DNA of 64,000 nt from an uncultured Nitrospiraceae bacterium (GCA_963727805.1 CAVSHF010000003.1:1664001-1728000); one strand, 5' to 3'. Positions 30,088 through 40,441 are shown, numbered from the stretch's first letter. The notes: generated from the letters alone by a model not told the origin. A program made the numbers and translations.

Positions 30088-32622
30088 TTAATCACGAGTT
30101 TTTGTCCTCCTTGTCGGGACAGCGTTCCAGGGATCATCCGGCCAGGGGTGCTTCGGATATCGCCCTTTCATTTCCTTTTTTACTTGCTGGTAACTGCCGT
30201 CCCAGAATCCCTTCAGATCCTGGGTGATCTGGACCGGTCTCCGAGCTGGGGAAAGAAGATGCAGAAGCACCTTTACACGTCCTTCCGCTATGGTCGGCGT
30301 ATCGGCTAGACCGAACATCTCCTGAAGTTTGACAGCAAGAACAGGTATATCTCCCGAAGTGTAGTCAAGCGCAACGCGATGTCCGCTCGGCACAACAACA
30401 TGAGTTGGTGCACGCTTGTCGAGGAGGCGCAATTGTTCCCACGACAACTGCGACCTTAGTGCATGAAGGATATCAATACCGATCACGCCCTGCGCGCTGC
30501 GGATGCCGCCGAGAAATGACAGCAGCCAGTCTTGGGGCGCAGATAAAAGACACTCATCCGAAATGTTCGGCCATGATTCTTCAGTAAAGATACTTCTCAT
30601 AAGAGCGACTCGCCCCTGAAACTGCCTGGTCTCTTTAGTAAAGGTTAGCATCGCGGGAGTCATCTGTATCATTTCACATAAGATCGGTACCGCCTCTTCA
30701 TCGGTCGCAGGGAAGGGCTTTGCCGAGAGAAGCATGGCACCCAGACGTTCTTCAATGGTGGCAATGATTCTGCTCTCTCTTCTGTGCCATTTAACACATC
30801 GTATCGTTTCTATCCTATTGGCGCATTCTTCACGAATAATCTGTTCAGTCAGTGATGCGGCGATATGCACAATCCCGTCACCTTTTGCGCCCGCATCCAT
30901 GTGGGCAACAACAATAAAAGAGCTCTTGCTCAGAGTGCTGATTGATGCAAATCTGACCGCCCTTCCCTGTACGAGGACAAAACAACCTTCTTTATCATCG
31001 CGCCTGCGAGCAATCCTGTCGGGGAAGGCGCGCAGGAGAAGTCTGGATATTATGTTGTGATCGTCTGTCTCCTGATCTGGGTCTATATTCATGAGAGACA
31101 TCAAACGCATAAGTTGCTTCGATGCCCTCTCCACTGCACGCAACGCCCAAGGGTCAGCTTTATCATCCACATTCGTCCCCATGCGCCATACGCGAAGAAT
31201 ATCGAACCTTTCAGTAATATCAGCATCATGGATAAACGCCATACGTCTGGCCGCACTTCTGCGGATTATGTCGCGCTCTGAAAGCAGCGCGGCAAGATCG
31301 GCACCAAGACTCACACAACCAAGTTCTCTGGCCCTCAGCAGCATTCGAGCAAGCCTGGGATGGACCGGCAAGCGAGCCATTGCCTTGCCTTCAGTTGTGA
31401 TGGAGCCGGATGGATCAAGTGCGCCAAGCTCTATCAGCAGGCCCTTGGCTGCATCCCATGCTGCCGTAGGTGGCGCGTCCAGCCACGAAAGTTCGGACGC
31501 TTTTTTAACTCCCCATGCCGCAAGATCAAGGACAAGAGATGCAAGATCAGACACAAGAATCTCAGGCGGCGAAAAGGGAATCATCGACTGAAATGCTTGG
31601 CGACCGTAAAGACGATAACAAACACCGGGTCCGAGTCGGCCCGCCCTGCCCTTCCGCTGTTCGGCAGAGGCCTTTGAAACTGTGACCGTAACCAGCCTGT
31701 TCATGCCAGTCGAGGGATCGTACTGCAATCTGCGGGTCAGGCCGCTGTCTATGATAACGCGTACACCTTCGATAGTAAGGCTCGTCTCGGCAATATTCGT
31801 CGCGAGCACGATCTTGCGTCTATGCGATGGCAGAAGGGCACGCTCCTGGTCGTCGAAAGATAGATCGCCGTAAAGGGGATGAATGGTGGTACCATCTCGT
31901 CTGCCTTCCATAACAGGTCGAAGCGCATCAGCGCATGATCGTATCTCACCCGCACCTGGTAGAAAGACGAGGATATCGCCGATAGTATTTTTCAGAGCAG
32001 TTTCTACCGTTTCGATGGTCTGATCTGTAAGAAACCGGTCTCGTTTGTCAGAGATATAGTTCTCTTCCACCGGAAAGACTTTGCCATGGGAGGCAATTAT
32101 CGGAGCGTTTTCGAGCAGTGCTGCAATCGGGCCGCAGTCGAGTGTCGCGGACATGACTAGTATCTTCAGGTCCGCCCTGAGATTCACGCGAGCATCGAGA
32201 CAGAGCGCAAGAGCAAGATCTGCGTGGAGGCTTCGTTCGTGAAATTCGTCGAAGATCACCATCGCAATTCCTTCAAGTGACGGGTCGGCCTGTATACGCC
32301 TGGTGAAGATGCCCTCGGTGACTACCTCGATGCGCGTCGCTGCGGAGACCTTGCTATCAAAACGTATCGAGTAACCAACCCTCCTGCCAACCTCTTCGCC
32401 GAGAAGATAGGCCATCCAGCGGGCTGCGGAAACGGCGGCAATCCGGCGCGGTTCGAGCATGACAATGCGCCCGTCTTCGCGTATCATCATATCGAGCAAA
32501 GCTAGAGGGACACGTGTCGTTTTACCGGCACCGGGTGGCGCATGCAGGATAATTGTCTGATGTTCAATCACTGCCTTTTTCAGTGCAGGGAGCACGTTGT
32601 CGATAGGATAGACAGAATGCAT
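30088..32622 (-). CDS. hrpB: ATP-dependent RNA helicase HrpB
   Basis: APPGAGKTT, DEFHERS, MSAT, TNIAETSLTI, GRAGR and C-terminal KEMKGRYPKHPWP; start 32622 or 32646. Confidence 0.96.
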   Translation of the reverse strand: MHSVYPIDNVLPALKKAVIEHQTIILHAPPGAGKTTRVPLALLDMMIREDGRIVMLEPRRIAAVSAARWMAYLLGEEVGRRVGYSIRFDSKVSAATRIEVVTEGIFTRRIQADPSLEGIAMVIFDEFHERSLHADLALALCLDARVNLRADLKILVMSATLDCGPIAALLENAPIIASHGKVFPVEENYISDKRDRFLTDQTIETVETALKNTIGDILVFLPGAGEIRSCADALRPVMEGRRDGTTIHPLYGDLSFDDQERALLPSHRRKIVLATNIAETSLTIEGVRVIIDSGLTRRLQYDPSTGMNRLVTVTVSKASAEQRKGRAGRLGPGVCYRLYGRQAFQSMIPFSPPEILVSDLASLVLDLAAWGVKKASELSWLDAPPTAAWDAAKGLLIELGALDPSGSITTEGKAMARLPVHPRLARMLLRARELGCVSLGADLAALLSERDIIRRSAARRMAFIHDADITERFDILRVWRMGTNVDDKADPWALRAVERASKQLMRLMSLMNIDPDQETDDHNIISRLLLRAFPDRIARRRDDKEGCFVLVQGRAVRFASISTLSKSSFIVVAHMDAGAKGDGIVHIAASLTEQIIREECANRIETIRCVKWHRRESRIIATIEERLGAMLLSAKPFPATDEEAVPILCEMIQMTPAMLTFTKETRQFQGRVALMRSIFTEESWPNISDECLLSAPQDWLLSFLGGIRSAQGVIGIDILHALRSQLSWEQLRLLDKRAPTHVVVPSGHRVALDYTSGDIPVLAVKLQEMFGLADTPTIAEGRVKVLLHLLSPARRPVQITQDLKGFWDGSYQQVKKEMKGRYPKHPWPDDPWNAVPTRRTKTRD

Positions 32623-33085
32623 AGGTATATTATTATAAATCGCCACGCCATTTGTAAAAAAGACGCGGTAAGTTAGAACAAGAGAATTTTGATATCGTCA
32701 GAATACGTAACATCGACCGACCTGACCAGTGTAGAAATGATTCATTTAGATAATATTATATTAAGACCAATTAACAGTTAGATAGCAATAGCATAAACAT
32801 ACTGTATTAAAGTCTCTGATTGACACCTCTTCCAGCAAGAGTGCCGCTATTGGCGGGGGAGATTTGGACTTCGGGTTCAAAAAATATGCACTGTGATGTA
32901 CTTCCCAAAATAAACGCCTGCCACAAGGCTATGGCTTAACCGAGTGCTTGAACCATAACTTCTTAAAATGATTCAACTTCAGAAGTGTAATGTAGATGTA
33001 ACTTAGCATTCCTTTTCTTGTAACAATTATATGCTACGCTTTTAGAAGGTTTACGGGCACTTTGCTGACCTTTACAAGGAAACAG

Positions 33086-33136
33086 AAAACCCGACTCGAT
33101 CATTAGTATTGGCGCGATCGAGTCGGGTTTTTATTA
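33086..33136 (+). terminator. 16-bp terminator-like hairpin in the 5' leader of the repeat protein gene
   Basis: aaaacccgactcgatc / gatcgagtcgggtttt followed by tatta; no co-directional gene upstream. Confidence 0.65.
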
Positions 33137-33159
33137 AAAGAATCAAAACGGAGGCTTTA

Positions 33160-34101
33160 GTGAAGGAAGTGATTTTATCTTGGACGGCAATGCTGGCATG
33201 CGGACTTTTGATGGGCATAACGTTCTCAGGATCTGCCCATGCTGCCCCTGCCATTGCCAAGATTGGCGTATTTTTAAATGGGGCCTGGTATCTCGATTTA
33301 GACGGCAATGGGTCATGGTATCCGGAACCTGTAGTCAAAATTACCTCCATAAATCACTACCGCGCACACGTAGACACCAGCTATAGTTTCGGAATGGCGG
33401 GAGACATTCCGGTAGCCGGTGACTGGACAGGCGACGGGATGAAAAAGATCGGGGTTTTCAGATCGGGGATATGGTATCTCGACATGAAAGGCGATGGGGT
33501 CTGGGATGGAGGTCTCATCGATAAGGTATATACTTTCGGCACAGCGGGTGACATTCCTGTTGTCGGTGACTGGACTGGTGACGGCAGGGATAAGATTGGA
33601 GTATTCAGAAATGGGACTTGGTATCTCGATATGGACGGCGATGGCGTGTGGCAGCCTTTCCCTTTAGTGAGTTGCCCATCCGTCAGCCCGTGCACATCAC
33701 CTGTAGACACCAGCTATAGTTTCGGTATGGCGGGTGACATTCCAGTAGTCGGTGATTGGACAGGTGATGGTATAACCAAGATCGGCGTTTTCAGATCGGG
33801 GATGTGGTATCTCGATATGGATGGCAATGGCTCATGGAATCCGGAACCATTATGCCAGTGTCCAGCTGGTAGTCCTTGCCTCACTGCAGTCGACGCTGGT
33901 TATGCTTTCGGTATGGCCGGAGACTATCCAGTTGTTGGTGATTGGACAGGTGATGGCAGGGCTAAGATAGGTGTGTATAGAAATGGAGCGTGGTACCTGG
34001 ACACAAATGGCAATTTCAGTTGGGATGGGCCGCAGATAGATCGAGTAATTCCAAATTTCGGAGCTGGACTGCCTTACGTGGTTCCAGTGGTTGTGAACTA
34101 A
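33160..34101 (+). CDS. Secreted 5-repeat Ca-binding beta-propeller-like protein (FG-GAP/VCBS-like)
   Basis: Signal peptide ending AHA; five KIGV(F/Y)xxGxWYLD units, four preceded by FGxAGDxPVxGDWTGDG; GTG 33160 with ggagg SD. Confidence 0.82.
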   Translation: MKEVILSWTAMLACGLLMGITFSGSAHAAPAIAKIGVFLNGAWYLDLDGNGSWYPEPVVKITSINHYRAHVDTSYSFGMAGDIPVAGDWTGDGMKKIGVFRSGIWYLDMKGDGVWDGGLIDKVYTFGTAGDIPVVGDWTGDGRDKIGVFRNGTWYLDMDGDGVWQPFPLVSCPSVSPCTSPVDTSYSFGMAGDIPVVGDWTGDGITKIGVFRSGMWYLDMDGNGSWNPEPLCQCPAGSPCLTAVDAGYAFGMAGDYPVVGDWTGDGRAKIGVYRNGAWYLDTNGNFSWDGPQIDRVIPNFGAGLPYVVPVVVN

Positions 34102-34319
34102 GGCATCGGGAAGCTGAAAAACGCTGATTTGGGCACCTAACAAGCTGGTAGGACACGCATCATCTGAACTCTTGGATGACCCTGCGACAGTTTCTGGTCT
34201 CATTTATAGTTCTTTTTTTGAAGAAGCACATCCGATGTTGGCGACATACTCAAAGCTACGGCGGTTAGCGATTGATGCTATCATTTTATATATCTCAATA
34301 GAATATCAGGAGGCTCAAA

Positions 34320-34619
34320 ATGATTAATAGACATGAGATTGAAAAAATAGCCTATGAACTTTATCAGCGGGATGGCTGTATTGCAGGCTTCGAACTTGAC
34401 CACTGGATCGAGGCGGAAAGCATCTTCCAGTCCAGGCAGGCCGCATTTGCTGAAACAAAACCTTCGAGTTTAAAAAAAGCAGACTCTAAAGTACTAGGCA
34501 AAAAAAAGGTCGCGGCAAAGGGGAGTAAGCCTGTTGTCGAGAGCACGGCATCCCGGACAAGTCAGGTTAAAGTGAAATCGAAAAGGTCCGAAACATCTAA
34601 AAAAGAGGTGGCGCTGTAG
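34320..34619 (+). CDS. DUF2934 domain protein with Lys-rich tail
   Basis: EIEKIAYELYQRDG...G.ELDHWIEAE; aggagg SD. Confidence 0.85.
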   Translation: MINRHEIEKIAYELYQRDGCIAGFELDHWIEAESIFQSRQAAFAETKPSSLKKADSKVLGKKKVAAKGSKPVVESTASRTSQVKVKSKRSETSKKEVAL

Positions 34620-35171
34620 CAGATATTCAGGCTCGACCGGTTCACTAGATCTAATACTGGCGATCGACATTGATGTATATCGCCTTACTGTTCGTTTAGG
34701 CCCTCAGTAAACTCGCTAGGGAGACAGCGTATCTGCTGATATCATGCTCTCCGGTTATTCAGTTCAGATTCTTCTGTTTGTATAGTTCCAGGCATAAGTC
34801 GGCGTATATTAGCCGGGTTGCCTTCCTTAGCTGAAATACTGACTGAAGGCTAGAGAAGGAATGGCTTACGTAATCGGCAAGGTATATGTTTATATACTAT
34901 TTGTAGCTACACTTTAATCAAACATTGGCATCATAAGTATTTGTATGCTGTCCGACAGATAATAAGGATGACAAGCGCTGAGCAACCTATCAGCTAGGAG
35001 GAAAGTCATGGCACCTCCCGTGTGATAGGGTGTTTGCACTGGAAATCAAACATTATAACCTTCAGGAGCTTCTTGGTTCCCTTATGTCTAATGGAAATAA
35101 GTATATATTTGAAGTATGCGTTCTGAAAAGCGTGCTAACCATTTAGTACGGCCAGCAAACTACCGGGGGCA

Positions 35172-36263
35172 ATGATGCTCGAATTCATCCGTTCATCCTA
35201 TTTTCAGGAGCTGTTGAACAGTCTTTCTCTTGGCATTGTGATCTTCAATGCCGGCGGTACCGTCTACGCGATTAACAACTCAGCATTGTCGCTTCTCGGG
35301 CTTTCACTGGATACCCATGTCGGCATCGAATGGACGCAATTGGTTGACGACTTTGAAGAGAAAGAAGCACTTCACACTATGGTAAGGGTTGCTGCTGAGC
35401 ACATTCAACCTTTACTCGCACCTGTGACTACGCGGCTTGCGAGACAGGACGGACAGTTCCTGCATGTTACGGTTTCCGCTTCCCCGCTTCTGTATTACAA
35501 CAAGCTGTTTGGCATTGTCCTGCAACTAAACGACGTTACGGCTTTGTATACATCCCATGAGAGAGAGCGGAGAACGCTCGAAGAGCGGAACCTCATGCAA
35601 CAGGATCGTTACGAAAGCCTGCAGAAAATGTCTATGTCTGTGGCCCATCAGCTTCGGAACCCAATCACAACTATCGGCGGTATGGCACATCTTCTCGTAA
35701 AAGGGTGCACACTCTCACCCGACCTGCTGGAATATTGTGATGCGATAATTACTTCGATGCATCGTCTAGAAGCGGTTGTAACAGCCGTTTATGAGTATAG
35801 TGCGCTGATGGTGACAGATCGTAAAGCCACAGGCATCGACAACCTTATTCATAGTGCAAGGCAGATGTCAGCTAGGAGGGTCCCCGAACTTGTGGCCAAA
35901 GCAGAATGGGACGTGGAAGTGGAGCCATATCAGCTTGTCACAGATCCTTTGCTGCTGTCAAAAGCGCTCTGCGAAATATTCGTAAATTCGCTTGAAGCTC
36001 TCCGCGCCGGCGACGGGACACTAACAGTGCGTGTTATGGCAGATGATATGACCTGTTGGATCGAGATTTCAGACAACGGACGTGGCATACCAGCCTCTGA
36101 CCTCCCCTTCATCTTCGATCCTTTCTTCACCAGAAAGACAGTAGGTGTAGGCATGGGACTTTGCAAAGCGCAACGTATAGTGCAGGATCTAGGCGGCCAC
36201 ATAGGGGTAAAAAGCATTGAGGGCGTGGGCACTACCGTCTCGCTGGCGTTTGGCCATAGGTAA
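35172..36263 (+). CDS. Cytoplasmic PAS histidine kinase
   Basis: PAS-like N-terminus; H-box AHQLRNP, N-box NSLEA, DNGRGI, FDPFFT and GMGL. Confidence 0.92.
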   Translation: MMLEFIRSSYFQELLNSLSLGIVIFNAGGTVYAINNSALSLLGLSLDTHVGIEWTQLVDDFEEKEALHTMVRVAAEHIQPLLAPVTTRLARQDGQFLHVTVSASPLLYYNKLFGIVLQLNDVTALYTSHERERRTLEERNLMQQDRYESLQKMSMSVAHQLRNPITTIGGMAHLLVKGCTLSPDLLEYCDAIITSMHRLEAVVTAVYEYSALMVTDRKATGIDNLIHSARQMSARRVPELVAKAEWDVEVEPYQLVTDPLLLSKALCEIFVNSLEALRAGDGTLTVRVMADDMTCWIEISDNGRGIPASDLPFIFDPFFTRKTVGVGMGLCKAQRIVQDLGGHIGVKSIEGVGTTVSLAFGHR

Positions 36264-36611
36264 GATGTGCTATATCCTCCCCCCATTAACCCGATTCAGA
36301 TGTTTAGAAACATCCTGGACTCGAGTACTATATAGAACCCGAGAGGCCAGCCTTAGCGATAGCTTGCACTCTCTTTCAGTCAGTACCTCTCAGCGGTACG
36401 TTCTCGATACCGCCGAGAAATCAACCGAGCGAGCTACTCTCTCCGGTTGTTTGTTCTCACTAATAAGCAAGATTTTCAGGAAACAGAAGGGCCGATACTT
36501 ACTGTCTACAATCTTGAACGGTCCTCGTGGTCAAGGTATACATCTTCCACGTTGAAGTCCTGATTCCGACGACCATCTCAGAAATGATAATGAGCAAAAT
36601 GATTCGCTCCA

Positions 36612-37067
36612 TCACACGCGTAGAACGCTATAGATCATTTCAATCCGGAACGGCTTTCTGATGTATCCACAAATGCTCAAAGCACCCAATTTCTTCTTAA
36701 TTGTGGAAGGATCTTCTTCCGACATGACGAATATCCGAGTGGCAGGATAATATATTTTTGTATAGCCCACAAGGTCAAAGTTGGCAATAACGGGGAGGTT
36801 AAGAGCAGTTAGCAAGATGTTCACTGAAGAGGTTTTTAGAACTTTTAAAGCATCCCTGCCGTTTTGGGCCATGCAAATATTATATTGCTTTGCGCAAATG
36901 GCGAAACTCTGCGAGAGCTGATTCAGCACATCACCGTCTTCATCTACAATAAGAATACTTCGGGTATCGCAAGATACGCTTATTCCCCTCTGCGTATCAA
37001 AGAAATTAACCGATTGATTAACTGATGGCCTTCCTTTTACGTTTGCGCCGACCATCCAACCTCCCAT
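36612..37067 (-). CDS. Single-domain receiver-fold protein lacking the phosphoacceptor Asp
   Basis: ILIVDED, A.NG..AL, NILLTALNLP (Ala where Asp is expected) and YIRKPF. Confidence 0.75.
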   Translation of the reverse strand: MGGWMVGANVKGRPSVNQSVNFFDTQRGISVSCDTRSILIVDEDGDVLNQLSQSFAICAKQYNICMAQNGRDALKVLKTSSVNILLTALNLPVIANFDLVGYTKIYYPATRIFVMSEEDPSTIKKKLGALSICGYIRKPFRIEMIYSVLRV

Positions 37068-37498
37068 TGCTTAGACAATAAAGTATTTGTCATCGCCTCG
37101 GACTAAGATATATTAGTTTCCCAATATGCTATTAGTCTAAATGCTAACAGGTCTACGTTACACAATTCTTACAACAGTATGAATACAATGTTAAATCTCG
37201 CTAAAGTGTCGGAGCTTTTGTTAGCGGCTGACCTTAACAGCTATTGAAGGACACTTAGAAACAGCTAGTCGTTATATCTTCATTGACTGTCCCGGGGTTG
37301 ACTTGAGGGAAAAGAGGATAATGACTGTTTGGCGGTTTTTTCGTTAATCCTCACTGTCGGTTGCAACTATCAGAAGGTCAATTCGTGATACAATTTGAGC
37401 AAAAGGATAAAAGGATAATAAGCGGAATATGCCGTTCATGCCGGGCTACCAGTGTAAAATAAAAGCTTAATTCTGCTCTTCCAAAGGAGGTACTATAC

Positions 37499-37615
37499 AT
37501 GACACCCCAAAAATCAGCTAGGGAACGATTGGCAACAATTGGTTCTTGGGTGCTCGGGATCGCAATTATCCTCGGCTTGGCTGCAGTGTTTGGCTTATTT
37601 ATTGGGCACCAGTGA
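37499..37615 (+). CDS. 38-aa single-TM small protein MTPQKSARERLATIGSWVLGIAIILGLAAVFGLFIGHQ
   Basis: Perfect AAAGGAGG SD 8 nt upstream; basic N-terminus then a hydrophobic helix. Confidence 0.6.
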   Translation: MTPQKSARERLATIGSWVLGIAIILGLAAVFGLFIGHQ

Positions 37616-38044
37616 TAATCATGGTAGTATCATGACAAATCGTTTCAAGTGATGTGCCCAAAGGGGCATCAAGAAGGATCTTGCTCAATAGGTGCAAAAT
37701 AGAGCTGTTTGTCGCACTGGTTTTTGTTTGAAATAAAACGACTCGAGGTGTCGCGTACAGTCAAAATTCCGAGTAAGTGTCGTTAAGGTGCAATGTCGCT
37801 TTTCTCGATTATGAATACACGATCGGCCAGCCTCGGTGATAGCTACACTCATTTTCAGTCGGTAATGCTCATGGGTAGGTTCTCGAGATCACCAAAGTAA
37901 CCATCGAAGTCGCAGTGCTGTGATAATTCCCCGAAAAATAATCTCGATTGGGCAGCGAGCCGAGATGTCCTTCCTGAAGCAACGCAAAAGCATACTATTT
38001 TTTTACTAATTTTGTACCTTTCGAGGATCTTGTCTGACTAGTGC

Positions 38045-39064
38045 TTAACAAAGCGAGGCTGCAGGTAACCCCGCTTCAATAGTTTTCACTATGCTGCTGG
38101 CAAACTCTGCCTCCGGAATGTCTGGCCTAAAGGTAATGATTACAGAAGCCGCACTGATGCTGATACGAATGCTTCTGACGTTCTCCACTGACTCTATGAG
38201 CGATTGCAGACGATTTGCGTAAGCCTGATTTGTCTTTAAACGCGGTACCACCAAACGGATGCGGCCCCGAGTCTGGTGGACGATTCTAGCAATATTTGAC
38301 TGCGATGTGAACCCAGCATAAGCTCCTCTGAGACTTGCTTTGCTAAGTCCCCCGATGGAAACACGGAACCCCTCCTTGTTTTCAAGGTATGCGAGCAAGT
38401 CTACGAGGAGATTCTGCAAGACTGACAATCGTTCATGTCCCTTCAGAGCTTCCGCCTTATCAGCACTGTCGATGGCCGCAAGCGTACAACAAACGGCCTT
38501 GCTCTGATACAACGGAGCGTGTTTATTTTTCTTGTCTCTAATCTCCTCCTCGAACTGAAATAGCGGGATAGACTCGAATACCGGAAGAACGGCTGTGACC
38601 TCCCCTATACGCCTTACCACTGCATCACCCAGAGAACTTCTCTCGTCGATGCTGAAGCGGAAGGCATCACCCGGGAAACGGCTGCGGCTTTCGAAGGTTT
38701 CCCCAATCTTTCTGATCAGTCCAATCACTGCGGGATCCTTAGTGTAAGGGCCGTACCGAAAATTATGATGCGCCCAGCCAAAATATTGACTCAATCGGTA
38801 GAGAATTTCAATTGCAGCTGGCGAACCAAATTTATACTGATCCGGATACTCTTTCTTATAACAGGCCAGTTCGTCTTCCTCGAGAATACTAAAAAGCTGT
38901 GCCTGCAACTCATTTATAGCTAGAAGGAAAGGATTCACGTATAGAGCAGCCTCTTGGTCGCGTTTGAGCTGCCTTTGCGCCTGCTGTTCAGCGCTCCATG
39001 TTAATACAGACCAGACTGTTGCAGCCAATGCTGACAAAACGGAAAGAATTTGCGCTGGGTTCAT
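38045..39064 (-). CDS. Hypothetical protein with C-terminal HMA2-like domain
   Basis: aggagg SD; C-terminal IVHQTRGRIRLVVPRL...V..IR....AASVII.F. Confidence 0.75.
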   Translation of the reverse strand: MNPAQILSVLSALAATVWSVLTWSAEQQAQRQLKRDQEAALYVNPFLLAINELQAQLFSILEEDELACYKKEYPDQYKFGSPAAIEILYRLSQYFGWAHHNFRYGPYTKDPAVIGLIRKIGETFESRSRFPGDAFRFSIDERSSLGDAVVRRIGEVTAVLPVFESIPLFQFEEEIRDKKNKHAPLYQSKAVCCTLAAIDSADKAEALKGHERLSVLQNLLVDLLAYLENKEGFRVSIGGLSKASLRGAYAGFTSQSNIARIVHQTRGRIRLVVPRLKTNQAYANRLQSLIESVENVRSIRISISAASVIITFRPDIPEAEFASSIVKTIEAGLPAASLC

Positions 39065-39501
39065 GCCCGTCCTCCTACATGAGAGGTGATAAATCGAATG
39101 TTATTTTATAGATATCATAATCGGCGAGCTTTTGCAATTGCTCATGTGGATTTTCTGCAGATATTATTGCGTGCAGTTCTGTAAAATAATACTGAACATG
39201 AATGCTCATCGACATCAGCACACGATAGGCAAGTCATCGGCGATAATGCGCCCGCTTCAACTTGTCCTTCCCCGAGTTGATGGACTCAACTGAAACTTTG
39301 TATTTTGACAGAGGAGGTGTGCGTGTGTGGAAAGGTCAACTAGTAATTCTCACAGGTGGGTTTCTCGAGACCATCCTACTATATGCACATGATCGATAAA
39401 ATTGATTTCTGTAAAAATAACCCGTTGAGATGTGCCGCTCAATGGGTGCGTTTAAAGGTTGATTTCGGTACTCTCAAGTTAATATAGAAAAAAGAGAAAA
39501 G

Positions 39502-40245
39502 ATGGAAGAAAAGGTAGCAAATATTATTCTAGCTGCCGCTAAACTGCCCGGGTATAAAATTCATCCATATGAAACCTATGCCAGGTTAAATATCTTTGGT
39601 ATTAATGATATTAATCACCCAAAAGATTTATTTAAGGCTGACGTTCGAATGCTAACAGCAGCGGCAAAGTCTTTTGCTAAGACACACTACAGAAAGCTGG
39701 GGGCCATTGGATTTGGAACAGGATTGCCAGGTGGCCCCTGGGGTGCGGCTGCCGGTGTGACTATTGACTTGGAAGAATATTTAAGGCGAGTTTTCCTTAT
39801 GACTCAAGAAATTGGACATGTTTACGGTGTAATTCCACCAGCATTTGTGGATAACGTAAATAAAAACACAGACGAATATTTTGCTGAGGTACAAGCAGAA
39901 ATATTGAAAGCTATTATGATTGGCCTGGGCATTAGTGGGGTTTCGATGACGATTACTGAAATTGCAAAGTTAATTGCCACGAAAGAAACAAAGGAAATTA
40001 TAGCACAAAAGATATCCAATCAAATAATAACATGGTTAGTAAAACAAATTGCTAGAAGGTTAGGAATTCAGTTAACTAAACGTCAAATAAGCCAGGGGGT
40101 TTTGAGATTCATACCTATCTGGGGTGGATTCATAAATGCTGCATTTTGTTATAAGAGCATGCAACTTATTGGGAATAATCTGATTAATGCTTTTGAAATG
40201 GAGCATAATAGTGTTAGGGAAACAGTTCTTAAATACTGGCAGTAG
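39502..40245 (+). CDS. Hypothetical protein, EcsC-like
   Basis: GFGTGLPGG, QEIGHVYG, IARRLGIQLTKR and RFIPIWGGFI; visibly AT-rich. Confidence 0.7.
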   Translation: MEEKVANIILAAAKLPGYKIHPYETYARLNIFGINDINHPKDLFKADVRMLTAAAKSFAKTHYRKLGAIGFGTGLPGGPWGAAAGVTIDLEEYLRRVFLMTQEIGHVYGVIPPAFVDNVNKNTDEYFAEVQAEILKAIMIGLGISGVSMTITEIAKLIATKETKEIIAQKISNQIITWLVKQIARRLGIQLTKRQISQGVLRFIPIWGGFINAAFCYKSMQLIGNNLINAFEMEHNSVRETVLKYWQ

Positions 40246-40401
40246 CTCCATTCATCTAAAACAATAGGCACAAACGAAGAAGACTGTGTGATCGACTTCA
40301 TTGCCGATGGCATGAAAAGAATTCGCTGTTGACTGAGCCGCTGACTGATCTTTCCTGCGGCAAAAAAGAAAGGGAATATTTTAAAGCTGCTCTTGTTTTT
40401 C

Positions 40402-40431
40402 TTGACAAAACATGCTCTTTAGGATTAAATT
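40402..40431 (+). promoter_or_regulatory. Sigma70 promoter
   Basis: TTGACA (40402-40407), 18-bp spacer, TAAATT (40426-40431). Confidence 0.6.
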
Positions 40432-40441
40432 GAGAAGTTTA

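Noticed and set aside
33045..33085. c-di-GMP-II riboswitch suggested by gggcactt
   Set aside because: The downstream GGAG...AGTAGTGCAACC-type pseudoknot elements are absent; kept only as an unassigned leader
33160..34101. Diversity-generating retroelement target
   Set aside because: Differences between repeats are not adenine-specific, and no reverse transcriptase or template repeat is present in the window
34996..35025. AGGAGG-led mini ORF MAPPV
   Set aside because: Only five codons with no supporting context; could be chance
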